Shown in pieces: positions 38,068-48,267 of a stretch of 64,000 nt of DNA. The notes beneath the pieces were generated by a model. It was not told the origin of the DNA. It did no database searches and saw only the letters and a list, made by a program, of their open reading frames with translations. Both the position numbers and the translations under genes were made by a program. The stretch's first letter is position 1. Each line of letters begins with the position of its first letter. The stretch lies in NCBI GenBank assembly GCA_963718525.1, contig OY970355.1:1280001-1344000 (forward strand), given 5' to 3'. Source of the DNA: Candidatus Dormiibacterota bacterium. Its GTDB lineage: Bacteria > Chloroflexota > Dormibacteria > Aeolococcales > Aeolococcaceae.

Positions 38068-39345
38068 TCAGCGCGGATTGACGCGCCGTCCACCGGTTCG
38101 CGGTGCGGAATCCTTGAGGCTCGCGGACAGCGGGACGTACGCCTTGGCGTAGGCCCTATCGGTACGGCCCTGGGCGTGGTGGATGGCCGGGACCGCGGCG
38201 CGCACCAGGAGCACCTGGAGTGCGGCCGCGACCGGCACCGCGAGGATCGCGCCAATGAGGCCCTGGATGGCTCCGCCGACCAGGAGGGCGAGGACGACCC
38301 CGAGCGCCGGCAGCGACACGACGCGGTTCATCACCATGGGCACAACCGTGTTCGCGTCGACGAACTGGATCACCATCAGGACGACGAGCACCACGATCGG
38401 GTACTCGGGACTGATGGTGAAGCCGAGCAACACCGCTGGGATCACGCCGATGATGCCGCCCACCATGGGAATCGCAGCAGTGAGGCCGGCGAAGATGCCG
38501 AGGATGACCGGGTCGGGAAGGCGGAGCAGCCAGCACACGAGTTCGACCACGAGTTCAAGCGCGAGGCTGTTGATCGCCACCGCGCGCAGGAAGCCGCCCA
38601 TACGGAATCCCATCTCTCGAAAGATGTCGACGATCAGGTCGTGATGGGCTTCGGGGAACAGGTCGACGGTGAACGACTTGAGGCGGTCGCTGCTCACCAG
38701 CCAGAGGAAGCCGACGACGAGCACGAGCACGAAGTCGACGATGATGCTGAAGATCGTGCCGCCAATTGCCAGCAGGATGTTGCGCGTCGCGTCGATGAAC
38801 GTGCTCACCTGCTGGGCGATGTTGACGTTGAAGTGAAATTGCTGCTCGACCCCGGTGAACCACTTGAGAAAGTCCTTCTGGTACGCGGGAAAGTTGGTGG
38901 CAAGCGACGAAGCCTCACTGACAATCGGCTGCACGAGCAGCAGCACCATGATTGCGATGAACGCGAGCACGGCGATGTAGACGATCAGGATGCCAACCGG
39001 CCGTGGAACGCGGCGGCGGTGCAGGTCGTCGACCAGTGGCCGGATCCCCTCGGCGAACACGATCGCGACGAGCACGACGAGGACGATGCTGATGATCGAC
39101 GCGAGGAAGGCAACCAGTGCGACAACGCCGAGCACGATGAGCGCCGCGGTCACGAGCGTGCGCACGCTGATGACGTTGACGCCCTCGCGACGCGATGTCT
39201 TCGGCGGCTCGGTGGCGACGCGGTCGGAAGCAGCCCCGATGTGAGGTTCAGCCGGCTCTGGCGCCGGACCTTCGTCTGGTTCAGTCCCGACGACGCGCTC
39301 TGCCAACCGGGCCAGCCTACCAGCCTCCGGTTGCGGTTGAGACAT
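38068..39345 (-). CDS. AI-2E (PerM) family transporter
   Basis: IRPLVDDL, LLVQPIVSEA, IPMVGGIIG, QFVDANTVVPMVM, GLIGAILAVPVAA. Confidence 0.88.
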   Translation of the reverse strand: MSQPQPEAGRLARLAERVVGTEPDEGPAPEPAEPHIGAASDRVATEPPKTSRREGVNVISVRTLVTAALIVLGVVALVAFLASIISIVLVVLVAIVFAEGIRPLVDDLHRRRVPRPVGILIVYIAVLAFIAIMVLLLVQPIVSEASSLATNFPAYQKDFLKWFTGVEQQFHFNVNIAQQVSTFIDATRNILLAIGGTIFSIIVDFVLVLVVGFLWLVSSDRLKSFTVDLFPEAHHDLIVDIFREMGFRMGGFLRAVAINSLALELVVELVCWLLRLPDPVILGIFAGLTAAIPMVGGIIGVIPAVLLGFTISPEYPIVVLVVLMVIQFVDANTVVPMVMNRVVSLPALGVVLALLVGGAIQGLIGAILAVPVAAALQVLLVRAAVPAIHHAQGRTDRAYAKAYVPLSASLKDSAPRTGGRRVNPR

Positions 39346-39368
39346 GGGCTTTGCGTACTCTGTCCTGC

Positions 39369-40316
39369 GTGAGCGGCCTCGAGGCGCGTCCCATTGACGG
39401 AGGGGTCCTCCAGGCCTCGGTGGTCGGACTAGGTTGCAACAATTTCGGCCGCGGCGTGGATGCTGAAGGCACGGCGCGTGTGGTCCACGCTGCGCTCGAG
39501 GAGGGGATCACCTTTTTCGACACCGCCGACATCTACGGAGGCGGACAGAGCGAGGAGATGCTTGGCGCTGCGCTCAAGGGGCGTCGCCAGGATGTGGTCA
39601 TCGCGTCCAAATTCGGGCATTCGTCCGGTGGGGCTGGGCGTGGGGGCTCTCGCGAATGGATCCGCGTCGCCGTCGAGAACAGCCTCAGGCGCCTCGGCAC
39701 CGACTGGATCGACCTCTACCAGCTCCATACCCCGGACCCTGCGACGCCGATCGAGGAGACGCTGGCGACGCTGACGGAATTGGTGAGCGAGGGCAAGATC
39801 CGCTGCGCCGGTTCGTCGAACCTGGCGGGATGGCAGATCGCGGACGCCGATTGGATGGCGCGCACCCGAGGACTTACCAGGTTCGTCACCGCGCAGAACG
39901 CGTACAGCCTCCTCGATCGGTGGATCGAGGTGGAGGTGATCCCGGCGTGCGCGCGCTTCGACGTTGGGATGCTCCCGTACAGCCCACTCGCCAACGGCTT
40001 GCTCACGGGCAAGCACCGGCGCGGCCAGCCGCCCGTGCCAGGCAGCCGCCTCGCCTCGGTGCCTGGGGCCAACCCGAGCCGCTGGCTCACCGACGCGAAC
40101 TTCGACATCGTCGAAGCGCTCGAGGGCTATGCGCACGAGCGCGGCATCTCGCTGCTGGAGGTCGCAATCGGGGGTCTCGCCGCGCAACCTCAGGTGGTCT
40201 CGGTCATCGCCGGGGCAACCTCAGTCGAGCAGGTGCGGGCAAATGCACGAGCCGGCCGGTGGCGTCCGAGCGCCGACGACCTGGAGGAGCTCGACCGGAT
40301 CGCGCCTCGTCGATGA
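39369..40316 (+). CDS. Aldo/keto reductase
   Basis: GLGCNNFG, FFDTADIYG, SKFG, SLRRLGTDWIDLYQLH, PYSPLANGLLTGK. Confidence 0.93.
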   Translation: MSGLEARPIDGGVLQASVVGLGCNNFGRGVDAEGTARVVHAALEEGITFFDTADIYGGGQSEEMLGAALKGRRQDVVIASKFGHSSGGAGRGGSREWIRVAVENSLRRLGTDWIDLYQLHTPDPATPIEETLATLTELVSEGKIRCAGSSNLAGWQIADADWMARTRGLTRFVTAQNAYSLLDRWIEVEVIPACARFDVGMLPYSPLANGLLTGKHRRGQPPVPGSRLASVPGANPSRWLTDANFDIVEALEGYAHERGISLLEVAIGGLAAQPQVVSVIAGATSVEQVRANARAGRWRPSADDLEELDRIAPRR

Positions 40317-40347
40317 CCCGGCACGCTTTCTCTAGACTGGCCCGCCG

Positions 40348-41535
40348 ATGAAGCTGCTCGAGTACCAGGCGAAACAGCGCTTTGCTTCAGCCGGCATCGC
40401 GGTCCCGCCGGGCCGGCTGGCGCGAACCCCGGAGGAGGCCGCAGCAGCGGCTCGCGAGCTCGGCCGCGTCGCTGTCAAGGCGCAGGTGCCCATCGGCGGG
40501 AGAGGCAAGGCGGGTGGCATCGCCGTCGTCGACACCCCAGAGGAGGCCCAGCGCGAGGCTGCGCGGATCCTGGCGATGGACATCCGCGGCTACCCGGTGC
40601 GGAGCGTCTGGTGCGAGACCGGTCTCTCCATCGAAGCGGAGCTCTACCTGGGGATCACGCTGGACCGCGATCGCCGCCGCCTGGTGATCATCTTCTCGGC
40701 GGCGGGCGGCATGGAGATCGAGCAGGTCGCCGTCGAGGCTCCTGAGCGCATCGCCAAGCTGTGGCCCGATCCGTTTGCGGGTCCGCAGCCCTTCGAGATC
40801 CGCCGGCTGGCGTTTGCAGGGTTGGCGCATGCGCCGGAGCTGCGCGACCGCGTCCCGAAGTTGGTGAGCACCCTGGTCGGACTCACCACTCGGCTCTACT
40901 CGGTCGCGGTGTCTTTCGATGCGCTGACGTGCGAGATCAACCCGCTGGTGCTCACGCCGGACGGCGCCCTCGTTGCCGCGGACGGAAAGCTCGAGACCGA
41001 TGAGAACGCGGACTACCGGCACGGGGATGTTGCCGAGGAGCTGGCGCGCGATGAGACCGGCGATGACGGCCGCAGCGGCGACGACCCTTTCGAGGTCGAG
41101 GCGCGCAAACGTGGTCTGACCTACGTACACCTCGACGGCGACATCGGCTGCATCGGCAACGGTGCCGGACTCACGATGAACACGCTCGACCTTGTCAAGC
41201 AGCACGGCGGTGAGCCCGCCAACTTCCTCGACATCGGTGGCGGCGCGAACGCGGAACGCGTGCGCAACGCCCTCGAGATGGTGCTCCTCGACCCCAAGGT
41301 GCGCGGCGTGTTCATCAACATCTTCGGGGGGATCACACGTGGTGACGAGGTCGCGCGCGGGATCATCGCGGCGCGCGACCAGCTGCGAATCACCAAGCCA
41401 TTGGTCGTTCGCATGACGGGGACCATGGAAGAAGAGGGTCGGCAGTTACTGGAAGAAGCAGGCATCGTCCCGGCCAAGAGCGCCAGCGAAGCGGCCGAGA
41501 GCATCGTCGCGCTTACCAGGGGGGGCAGCGAATGA
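40348..41535 (+). CDS. sucC: Succinyl-CoA ligase (ADP-forming), beta subunit
   Basis: MKLLEYQAK, VKAQVPIGGRGKAGGI, EINPL, GNGAGL, ANFLDIGGG, NIFGGITRGD. Confidence 0.96.
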   Translation: MKLLEYQAKQRFASAGIAVPPGRLARTPEEAAAAARELGRVAVKAQVPIGGRGKAGGIAVVDTPEEAQREAARILAMDIRGYPVRSVWCETGLSIEAELYLGITLDRDRRRLVIIFSAAGGMEIEQVAVEAPERIAKLWPDPFAGPQPFEIRRLAFAGLAHAPELRDRVPKLVSTLVGLTTRLYSVAVSFDALTCEINPLVLTPDGALVAADGKLETDENADYRHGDVAEELARDETGDDGRSGDDPFEVEARKRGLTYVHLDGDIGCIGNGAGLTMNTLDLVKQHGGEPANFLDIGGGANAERVRNALEMVLLDPKVRGVFINIFGGITRGDEVARGIIAARDQLRITKPLVVRMTGTMEEEGRQLLEEAGIVPAKSASEAAESIVALTRGGSE

Positions 41536-41552
41536 ACTGCGTCTCGCACGGA

Positions 41553-41676
41553 GTGGGGAGGGCATGAACGGAGGAGGGCCGTCTCGCAGCCCGGGCTACC
41601 CCCCCGGGCGAGAGCGAGGGGCGGAACGGCGAAGGCGTTCCGACCCCGTGCCCGCCGTAGTTCATGCCCTCCCCAC
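41553..41676. repeat. Intergenic palindromic element with a perfect 17-bp terminal inverted repeat and two nested hairpins (MIRU/REP/MITE-like)
   Basis: GTGGGGAGGGCATGAAC (41553-41569) pairs with GTTCATGCCCTCCCCAC (41660-41676). Internal stems are GCCCGGG/CCCGGGC and CGGAACG/CGTTCCG. Confidence 0.85.
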
Positions 41677-41694
41677 GCCCACTGAAGCCGTCTC

Positions 41695-42579
41695 ATGAGC
41701 GTCCTTGTCGATCGGTCCAGCCGCGTCGTCATCCAGGGCATCACCGGGCGCGAGGGGAGCTTTCATACGGGGCAGATGCGCGCTTTCGGGACCAACATCG
41801 TCGCGGGGGTATCGCCCGGCAAGGGTGGGAGCGACCAGGATGGGATCCCCATCTTTGACACGGTCGCCGATGCTGCTGCGGCCACTGGCGCGGACGTGTC
41901 GGGGATCTTCGTGCCGCCTGCTTTTGCCGCTGACGCAATCATGGAGTCAGCCGCCGCAGGGATCCGGTTGACGGTGTGCATCACTGAGGGAATCCCCGTG
42001 CTGGACATGATTCGCGCTCGCGAGTTCGTGCTCCGGACAGGCAACCACCTCCTCGGCGCGAACTGCCCGGGAATCGTGACCCCCGAGCAGTGCAAGGTCG
42101 GGATCATCCCCAACCACATCAACACTCCCGGGCCGGTCGGGATCGTCGGGCGCAGCGGCACCCTCACCTACGAGGTGATACAGGGGCTCGGACAGGGAGG
42201 GATGGGCCAGACGACGTCAGTCGGCATCGGCGGAGACCCGGTGATGGGGCTCAGCTTTCCGGATGTGCTCCGTCTCTTCGCCGACGATACGGAGACGCGC
42301 GCCGTGGTGCTCATCGGTGAGATCGGTGGCTCCGACGAGGAGACCGCGGCCGCGTGGATTCGCGACACCGGATTCGACAAGCCGGTGGTGGCGTTCATCT
42401 CCGGTCGAACGGCGCCTCCGGGAAAGCGAATGGGCCACGCGGGCGCGATCATCAGCGGCAACACCGGCAGCGCGCAGAGCAAGATCGACGCGCTCACCGC
42501 TGCTGGCGCGGAGATCGCCGATACGATCGAGGACGTGGTGCGGTTGACGGCGGCGAGGCTGGACGCTCGCTCTCGCTGA
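41695..42579 (+). CDS. sucD: Succinyl-CoA ligase, alpha subunit
   Basis: [48 protein letters not shown] phospho-His. Confidence 0.97.
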   Translation: MSVLVDRSSRVVIQGITGREGSFHTGQMRAFGTNIVAGVSPGKGGSDQDGIPIFDTVADAAAATGADVSGIFVPPAFAADAIMESAAAGIRLTVCITEGIPVLDMIRAREFVLRTGNHLLGANCPGIVTPEQCKVGIIPNHINTPGPVGIVGRSGTLTYEVIQGLGQGGMGQTTSVGIGGDPVMGLSFPDVLRLFADDTETRAVVLIGEIGGSDEETAAAWIRDTGFDKPVVAFISGRTAPPGKRMGHAGAIISGNTGSAQSKIDALTAAGAEIADTIEDVVRLTAARLDARSR

Positions 42580-42642
42580 AGAAGCGTCCAGCGCTTGACG
42601 TGAATCGCATGGATTGAGCCCAGTCCGCCGCGGTACGGTTAG

Positions 42643-43827
42643 GTGCGAGTGAACTTCGATCTCAGTGACGAGCAGCGTCACATTCGCGACGTGGTGCGCG
42701 ACTTCGCCCAGGCGGAGATCGCGCCTGCGGCAGCCCACTACGACGAGACGGGCGAGTTTCCGTACGAGCTCGTCGCGGGGATGGCCCGGCTCGGGCTGTT
42801 CGCGCTGCCCTTCCCTGTCGAGCTCGGGGGCGCCGGCGGCGATTTCATCTCGTACTGCCTCGCCATGGAGGAGATCGCGCGGGCCGACGCGAGCTGCGCC
42901 ATCACGCTCGAGGCAGCCGTTTCGCTGGGAATCTCGCCGCTGGTGAAATTCGGCTCGCGGGAACAGCAGCAGCGCTGGCTCGAGCCCCTGATGGCCGGCG
43001 AACGTCTCTGGGCCTTCGGGCTCACCGAGCCCGATGCCGGATCGGATGCCGCCGCCACCCAGACGCGCGCAGTCCGCGACGGCGATGAATGGGTCATCAA
43101 CGGCCGCAAGGCGTTCATCACCAACGCGGGCACCGACATCAGCGCGGGGGTGACCATCACCGCGGTCACCGGCTCGCACAACGGCCACAAACAGATCAGC
43201 ACGATCGCCGTGGAGCAGGGGACCCCCGGGTACTCGCAGGCTCCCAAATACCGCAAGCTCGGATGGCACGCATCCGACACGCGAGAGCTGATCTTCGAGG
43301 ATTGCCATGTGCCGATCGGCAACGTCGTCGGGTCGCCGGGTCAGGGACTGACTCAATTCCTGCAGATACTCGAGGGCGGTCGCGTCGCGATCGCGGCACT
43401 CTCCGTGGGGGTCGCTCAGGCGTGTCTCGATGCCTCGCTCGCGTACTCCGCGGCGCGGCGCCAGTTCGGAGTTCCGATCGCCACCTTCCAGGCCACCCAA
43501 TTCAAGCTTGCCGACATGGGAACGCAGATCGAGCTGGCGCGGTTGATGACATGGCGGGCCGCCGCCGCGATCGACGCGGGTAAGAGCGCCGCACCCTGGG
43601 CGTCGATGGCGAAGCTGCACGCGTCCGAGGTCGCGACGGCGTGCGCAAACCAGGCTGTGCAGATCCACGGGGGCATGGGATTCATGGAGGAGACGCCGGT
43701 GGCGCGCCTCTATCGCGACGTCAAGATCAATGAGATCGGTGAGGGAACAAGCGAGGTGCAGCGCATCCTGATCGCCCGTCACCTGCTGCGTCCCTTCGAG
43801 GTGCTGGAGGCAGACCGTGCCAACTGA
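42643..43827 (+). CDS. Acyl-CoA dehydrogenase
   Basis: FGLTEPDAGSD, KAFITN, RRQFG, QIHGGMGF, IGEGTSEVQR. Confidence 0.93.
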   Translation: MRVNFDLSDEQRHIRDVVRDFAQAEIAPAAAHYDETGEFPYELVAGMARLGLFALPFPVELGGAGGDFISYCLAMEEIARADASCAITLEAAVSLGISPLVKFGSREQQQRWLEPLMAGERLWAFGLTEPDAGSDAAATQTRAVRDGDEWVINGRKAFITNAGTDISAGVTITAVTGSHNGHKQISTIAVEQGTPGYSQAPKYRKLGWHASDTRELIFEDCHVPIGNVVGSPGQGLTQFLQILEGGRVAIAALSVGVAQACLDASLAYSAARRQFGVPIATFQATQFKLADMGTQIELARLMTWRAAAAIDAGKSAAPWASMAKLHASEVATACANQAVQIHGGMGFMEETPVARLYRDVKINEIGEGTSEVQRILIARHLLRPFEVLEADRAN

Positions 43828-44992
43828 TCCCGTCATCGTCGCTGCGGCGCGGACCCCCTTCGGCAAGCTCGGCGGGCGGCTCGCCTCGGTGCCTGCGGTC
43901 GACCTGGGTGCGCGAGTGATTCGTGAGGTGCTCGAGCGCACCGGCACCGATCCCGCTGAGGTCGATCAGCTGATCATGGGGATGGTGCTCGCGGCCGGAC
44001 AGGGGCAGGTGCCATCGCGCCAGGCCGGGTTGCGCGCCGGCCTCCCTGCGAGCGTCTCGTCGTTCACCGTCAACAAGGTCTGCGCGAGCGCGCTGAAGGC
44101 CGTGAACCTCGGCGCGATGCTGATCCGCTCCGGCGAGGCGGACGTCGTCGTCGCGGGCGGCATGGAGTCGATGTCGCGGTCTCCATACCTGCTCGAAGAT
44201 CAGCGGTTCGGCAGCCGTTTCGGCGATCGCGTGGCGGTCGACAGCATGATCCGTGACGGGCTGTGCTGCCCGGTGGACGGGGTGCTCATGGGTGTCCACG
44301 GGAGTGATGTCGCGTCCGAGCTCGGGGTCCGGCGCGAGGAGCAGGATGCCTGGGCGCTGCGCTCTCAGGTGCGCTACCAGGAGGCGCTCGCGGCAGGGAA
44401 GTTTGCGGAGGAGATCGTGCCGGTGAGTGTCAACGGCTCGAGCGTCGGCGGGGACGAGCAGCCGCGGGCGGACACGACCATCGAGAAGCTCGCCGCCCTG
44501 CGAGGCGCCTTCGGTGACGGCACCACCATCACCGCCGGTAACGCGCCAGGGATGAATGACGGCGCCACAGCGGTGCTCCTGATGAGCGCTGAACGGGCGC
44601 GCGCCGAAGGGCTCGTGCCGCTTGGAACCTGGCTGACGTACGGAGAGTCGGCCGCTGAGCATCCGTACCTGGCGACGGTGCCGGCGCTCGCCATCGAGGC
44701 GGCCCTCGCCAAATCCCGTGGGGAGGTCGACGCCGGCAAGCTCGAGGTGGTCGAGATCAATGAGGCGTTCGCGGCCGTTGCGATCACGAGCACGCGGATG
44801 CTCGAAGTGGATCCGGACCGCGTCAATGTCAACGGCGGCGCGATTGCGGTCGGACACCCGATCGGCGCCAGCGGAGCGCGAATTCTCATGACGCTGCTCT
44901 ACGAGCTGCGACGCCGCGGCGGGGGCTACGGGGCGGCCGGGATCTGCAGCGGCGTCGCGCAGGGCGAGGCCACCCTCGTCCGTGTCGACTGA
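43817..44992 (+). CDS. Acetyl-CoA C-acyltransferase (thiolase)
   Basis: ARTPFG, NKVCAS, GGMESMS, EINEAF, GHPIGASG, GICSG. Confidence 0.93.
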   Translation: MPTDPVIVAAARTPFGKLGGRLASVPAVDLGARVIREVLERTGTDPAEVDQLIMGMVLAAGQGQVPSRQAGLRAGLPASVSSFTVNKVCASALKAVNLGAMLIRSGEADVVVAGGMESMSRSPYLLEDQRFGSRFGDRVAVDSMIRDGLCCPVDGVLMGVHGSDVASELGVRREEQDAWALRSQVRYQEALAAGKFAEEIVPVSVNGSSVGGDEQPRADTTIEKLAALRGAFGDGTTITAGNAPGMNDGATAVLLMSAERARAEGLVPLGTWLTYGESAAEHPYLATVPALAIEAALAKSRGEVDAGKLEVVEINEAFAAVAITSTRMLEVDPDRVNVNGGAIAVGHPIGASGARILMTLLYELRRRGGGYGAAGICSGVAQGEATLVRVD

Positions 44993-46100
44993 CATCGGCG
45001 ACCGCGAGCTCGCCGCCCGCATCGCGAGGTTCGTCGACGACGCCATCGCGCCGATGGCCCCCGCCATGGCTCGCGGCGAAGGTCCGCCACCGAAGGGGAT
45101 TGTCGAAGCAGCGGGCGAAGCCGGTCTCGCCGGCATCCTGACCCCGGAGCGCTTCGGCGGCGCGGGCGGGACTCACGGTGACTTCGTCCGGTTGGTGGAG
45201 GCGGTCGCCCGCGTCGACGCCAGCTGTGCCGTGATCCTCGACGTGCACCTCTCGGTCGGAACCGAGCCGCTCCTCGTTTTTGGCGATGATGATCAGAAGT
45301 CGCGGTACCTCGGCAAGCTTGCTCGCGGCGAGTGGCTCGCGGCCTTTGCGCTGACGGAGGCTGCCGGCGGCAGCGACGCCCTCGCGATGCGCACGCACGC
45401 CGCGCGAGACGGCGACGCCTACGTTCTCGACGGTGTAAAGGCCTTCATCACCGGAGCAGGCGATGCCGATCTCTACATCGTGATGGCGCGCACCGGCGAG
45501 GGCTCACACGGTGTGAGCGCCTTCCTGGTCGAGGCGGCATGGCCGGGTGTCAGCGCCGGGACACCGCTCCGCAAGATGGGTCTCCACGGTTCATGGACCG
45601 CGGAGCTGGTGCTGGATGGCGTGCGCGTTCCGGCCGCCAACCGCCTCGGCGCGGACGGCACCGGCTTCACCGTCGCGATGTCCGCGCTGGACAGCGGGAG
45701 GGTGGGTATCTCGGCACAGGCGGTCGGCATCGCGCAGGGGGCGCTCGATGCCGCTGTCGCCGCCTCGCGCCATCGCCGGGACGCTGGGCTGGATGTCAAC
45801 ACCACTGCGCTGGCTGACATGGACGCTCGCACTGCGGCTGCTCGCCAGCTGACCTGCTACGCGGCAGCCCTGGTGGACGCGGGCCAGCGTGTCACGCTCG
45901 ACGCCGCGATCGCCAAGCTGTACGCCACCGACACCTGCGTCGCGGTGGCGCAGTCCGCCGTGGACGTGTGCGCCCCGGAATCCGGGTTCGACGACCATCC
46001 GGCCGCGATCCGCTTCCGCGACGCCAAGGCATGCCAGATCTATGAAGGCACGAACCAGATCCAGCGCGTGGTCATCGCCCGTCACCTGCTCGGCGACTGA
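44982..46100 (+). CDS. Acyl-CoA dehydrogenase family protein with degenerate C-terminal FAD motifs
   Basis: Retains ALTEAAGGSD, KAFIT and IYEGTNQIQR but lacks RxQFG and QxxGGxG. Confidence 0.85.
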   Translation: MSTDIGDRELAARIARFVDDAIAPMAPAMARGEGPPPKGIVEAAGEAGLAGILTPERFGGAGGTHGDFVRLVEAVARVDASCAVILDVHLSVGTEPLLVFGDDDQKSRYLGKLARGEWLAAFALTEAAGGSDALAMRTHAARDGDAYVLDGVKAFITGAGDADLYIVMARTGEGSHGVSAFLVEAAWPGVSAGTPLRKMGLHGSWTAELVLDGVRVPAANRLGADGTGFTVAMSALDSGRVGISAQAVGIAQGALDAAVAASRHRRDAGLDVNTTALADMDARTAAARQLTCYAAALVDAGQRVTLDAAIAKLYATDTCVAVAQSAVDVCAPESGFDDHPAAIRFRDAKACQIYEGTNQIQRVVIARHLLGD

Positions 46101-46141
46101 CGCCTGCGACTCGCCAGTGGTGGCTTGGTAGCATCACCGGG

Positions 46142-47290
46142 ATGGACGTCCGTCTCAACGACGAGCAGACGATGATCCGCGATACGGTGCGCGACATCGC
46201 TCGCGAGCGCATCGCGCCCCGTGCGGCGGAGATCGATCGCACCGGCGAATTCCCATGGGACGTGGTGGATCTCTTTCGCACGCACGATCTCTTCGCGCTG
46301 CCGTTTCCACCTGACTACGGTGGGCTCTCGGGGAGTGCGCTGACGCTGAACGTCGCCATCGAGGAGATCGCCAAAGTCTGCGCGACCAGCGCGTTGATAC
46401 TCGTCGTTCAGGGGCTCGGCGGCTATCCGCTGATGATCGCCGGGACCGAGGAGCAGAAATCACGGCTGCTTCCCGAGCTTGCGAGCGGTGCCAAGCTCAG
46501 CGCGTACGCGCTCAGCGAGCCCGGCGCCGGCAGCGATCCTGCCGGCATGCAGACTCGCGCCGAGCGACACGGTGACGAGTACGTCATCACCGGTAGCAAG
46601 CTCTGGATCACAGAAGGCGGCGTCGCCGACACCATCACCGTCTTCGCCAAGACCGACCCGAGCCAGCGCGCACAAGGGGTGAGCGCGTTCGTGCTCGAGG
46701 ATGCGCAACACCTCAAGGGGTTCACAGCGAACACTATCCACGGCAAGCTCGGTATTCGGGGCAGCAATACCGCGGAACTGCAGCTCGATGAGGTGGTGGT
46801 CCCCGCCGCGAACCGCCTCGGCGAGGAGGGCGACGGCTTCCGGATCGCGATGCAGGTGCTCGATCGTTCGCGGCCGGGCGTCGCCGCGCAGGCTCTGGGA
46901 ATCGCGCAGGGAGCCCTCGACTACGCTGTCGGGTATGCCAAGGAGCGCAAACAATTCGGCAAGACGATCGCCGAATTCCAGGGAGTCCAGTTCATGGTTG
47001 CGGACATGGAAGCCCAGACCGCGGCGGCTCGGGCGATGGTCTATTGGGCGTCACAGCTCATCGACGACAAGAGCGCGGACGTCGGTCATTTCGCCGCGAT
47101 CGCGAAGCTGCTCGCGGCAGACACTGCGATGAAGGTGACCACGGACGCCGTCCAGATCCTCGGTGGCTATGGGTACGTGAACGAGTATCCGGTCGAACGG
47201 ATGATGCGTGACGCCAAGATCACGCAGATCTATGAGGGAACCAGCCAGATCCAGCGCGTCGTGATCGCCAGGGACCTGTTACGCGGGTAG
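46142..47290 (+). CDS. Acyl-CoA dehydrogenase (short/branched-chain type)
   Basis: YALSEPGAGSD, KLWIT, ERKQFG, QILGGYGY, IYEGTSQIQR. Confidence 0.94.
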   Translation: MDVRLNDEQTMIRDTVRDIARERIAPRAAEIDRTGEFPWDVVDLFRTHDLFALPFPPDYGGLSGSALTLNVAIEEIAKVCATSALILVVQGLGGYPLMIAGTEEQKSRLLPELASGAKLSAYALSEPGAGSDPAGMQTRAERHGDEYVITGSKLWITEGGVADTITVFAKTDPSQRAQGVSAFVLEDAQHLKGFTANTIHGKLGIRGSNTAELQLDEVVVPAANRLGEEGDGFRIAMQVLDRSRPGVAAQALGIAQGALDYAVGYAKERKQFGKTIAEFQGVQFMVADMEAQTAAARAMVYWASQLIDDKSADVGHFAAIAKLLAADTAMKVTTDAVQILGGYGYVNEYPVERMMRDAKITQIYEGTSQIQRVVIARDLLRG

Positions 47291-47301
47291 GCGAGCGCGA
47301 A

Positions 47302-48267
47302 CTACATCGTCAGGACGACTTTTCCACGCGCCTGTCGCCGACCGAGGAGGTTGAGCGCCGCGGGCGCCTCCTCGAGGGGATAGGTCGCTCCGACGATCGG
47401 GGCAACGACACCCGCCTCGATCATGGCGTTGAGCGCCCGTTGGGTGTCGGCGAACAGCGAAGGCTGGACACCGAGAAAGGCACCCCATGCGGCGCCGACG
47501 ATGTCGATGTTGCGCAGCAGCACCCGATTCATCTGCAGATTGGGAATGCGCCCCTCGGTGAATCCGACGACGATCAGGCGTCCCTCTGGTGCCAGACAGC
47601 GAACGCTCTGGTCGAAGCGCTCGCCGCCAACCGGGTCGAGGATCGCGTCGACACCGAGTCCATCGTTCTGAGCACGCAGGGCGGCGACCCAGTCCTCTTC
47701 GGCGTCGAGGACATGGTGGGCGCCCGCCCGTTCGGCGATGTGCATCTTGTCGGGGCCGGCCGCGATCGCGATCACCTCAGCGCCGATTCCCCTCCCCACC
47801 TGGATGGCGGCCGTGCCGACGCCTCCAGCGGCGCCGTGGATGGCGATCCGATCGCCGGGCCGGATCCGGCCTCTGCGTGCCAATGCGAAATACGCGGTGT
47901 GGTAATTCATGATGAATCCCGACGCCGACTCGACACTCAATCCGTCCGGGATTGCCAGGGTGAGCGCCGGTTCGGCCAGCGCCACATCCGCGAAGCCGCC
48001 GAGCACCGTGAACGCCATGACCCGGTCCCCGGCGACGAATCCCGACCCCTCGGGCGCTGAGCGCACGCGCCCGGCCACCTCGACGCCCGGCACGAAGGGC
48101 AGCGGCGGCTTCATCTGGTATTCGCCCCGAGTGAGCAGCAGATCGGGGAAGCTCACGCCCGCGGCGGCAACTTCGATGACGACACGCGTCATGTCCTCCG
48201 GCTCGTCGACCTCGACCAGGTGAAGTCCGGACGGGCCTTCGAGGCCCTGAAGCTGTTGAGCGCGCAT
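47302..48267 (-). CDS. NADPH:quinone oxidoreductase (zeta-crystallin/MDR family)
   Basis: GVSFPDLL, GEYQMKPPLPFVPGVEVAG, HGAAGGVG, GKVVL; GGAGGA RBS. Confidence 0.92.
   Translation of the reverse strand: MRAQQLQGLEGPSGLHLVEVDEPEDMTRVVIEVAAAGVSFPDLLLTRGEYQMKPPLPFVPGVEVAGRVRSAPEGSGFVAGDRVMAFTVLGGFADVALAEPALTLAIPDGLSVESASGFIMNYHTAYFALARRGRIRPGDRIAIHGAAGGVGTAAIQVGRGIGAEVIAIAAGPDKMHIAERAGAHHVLDAEEDWVAALRAQNDGLGVDAILDPVGGERFDQSVRCLAPEGRLIVVGFTEGRIPNLQMNRVLLRNIDIVGAAWGAFLGVQPSLFADTQRALNAMIEAGVVAPIVGATYPLEEAPAALNLLGRRQARGKVVLTM

Noticed and set aside
41553-41676. Rho-independent terminator or known riboswitch between sucC and sucD
   Set aside because: No U-tract on either side, and I recognise no known riboswitch consensus. 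Reported as a repeat element instead.
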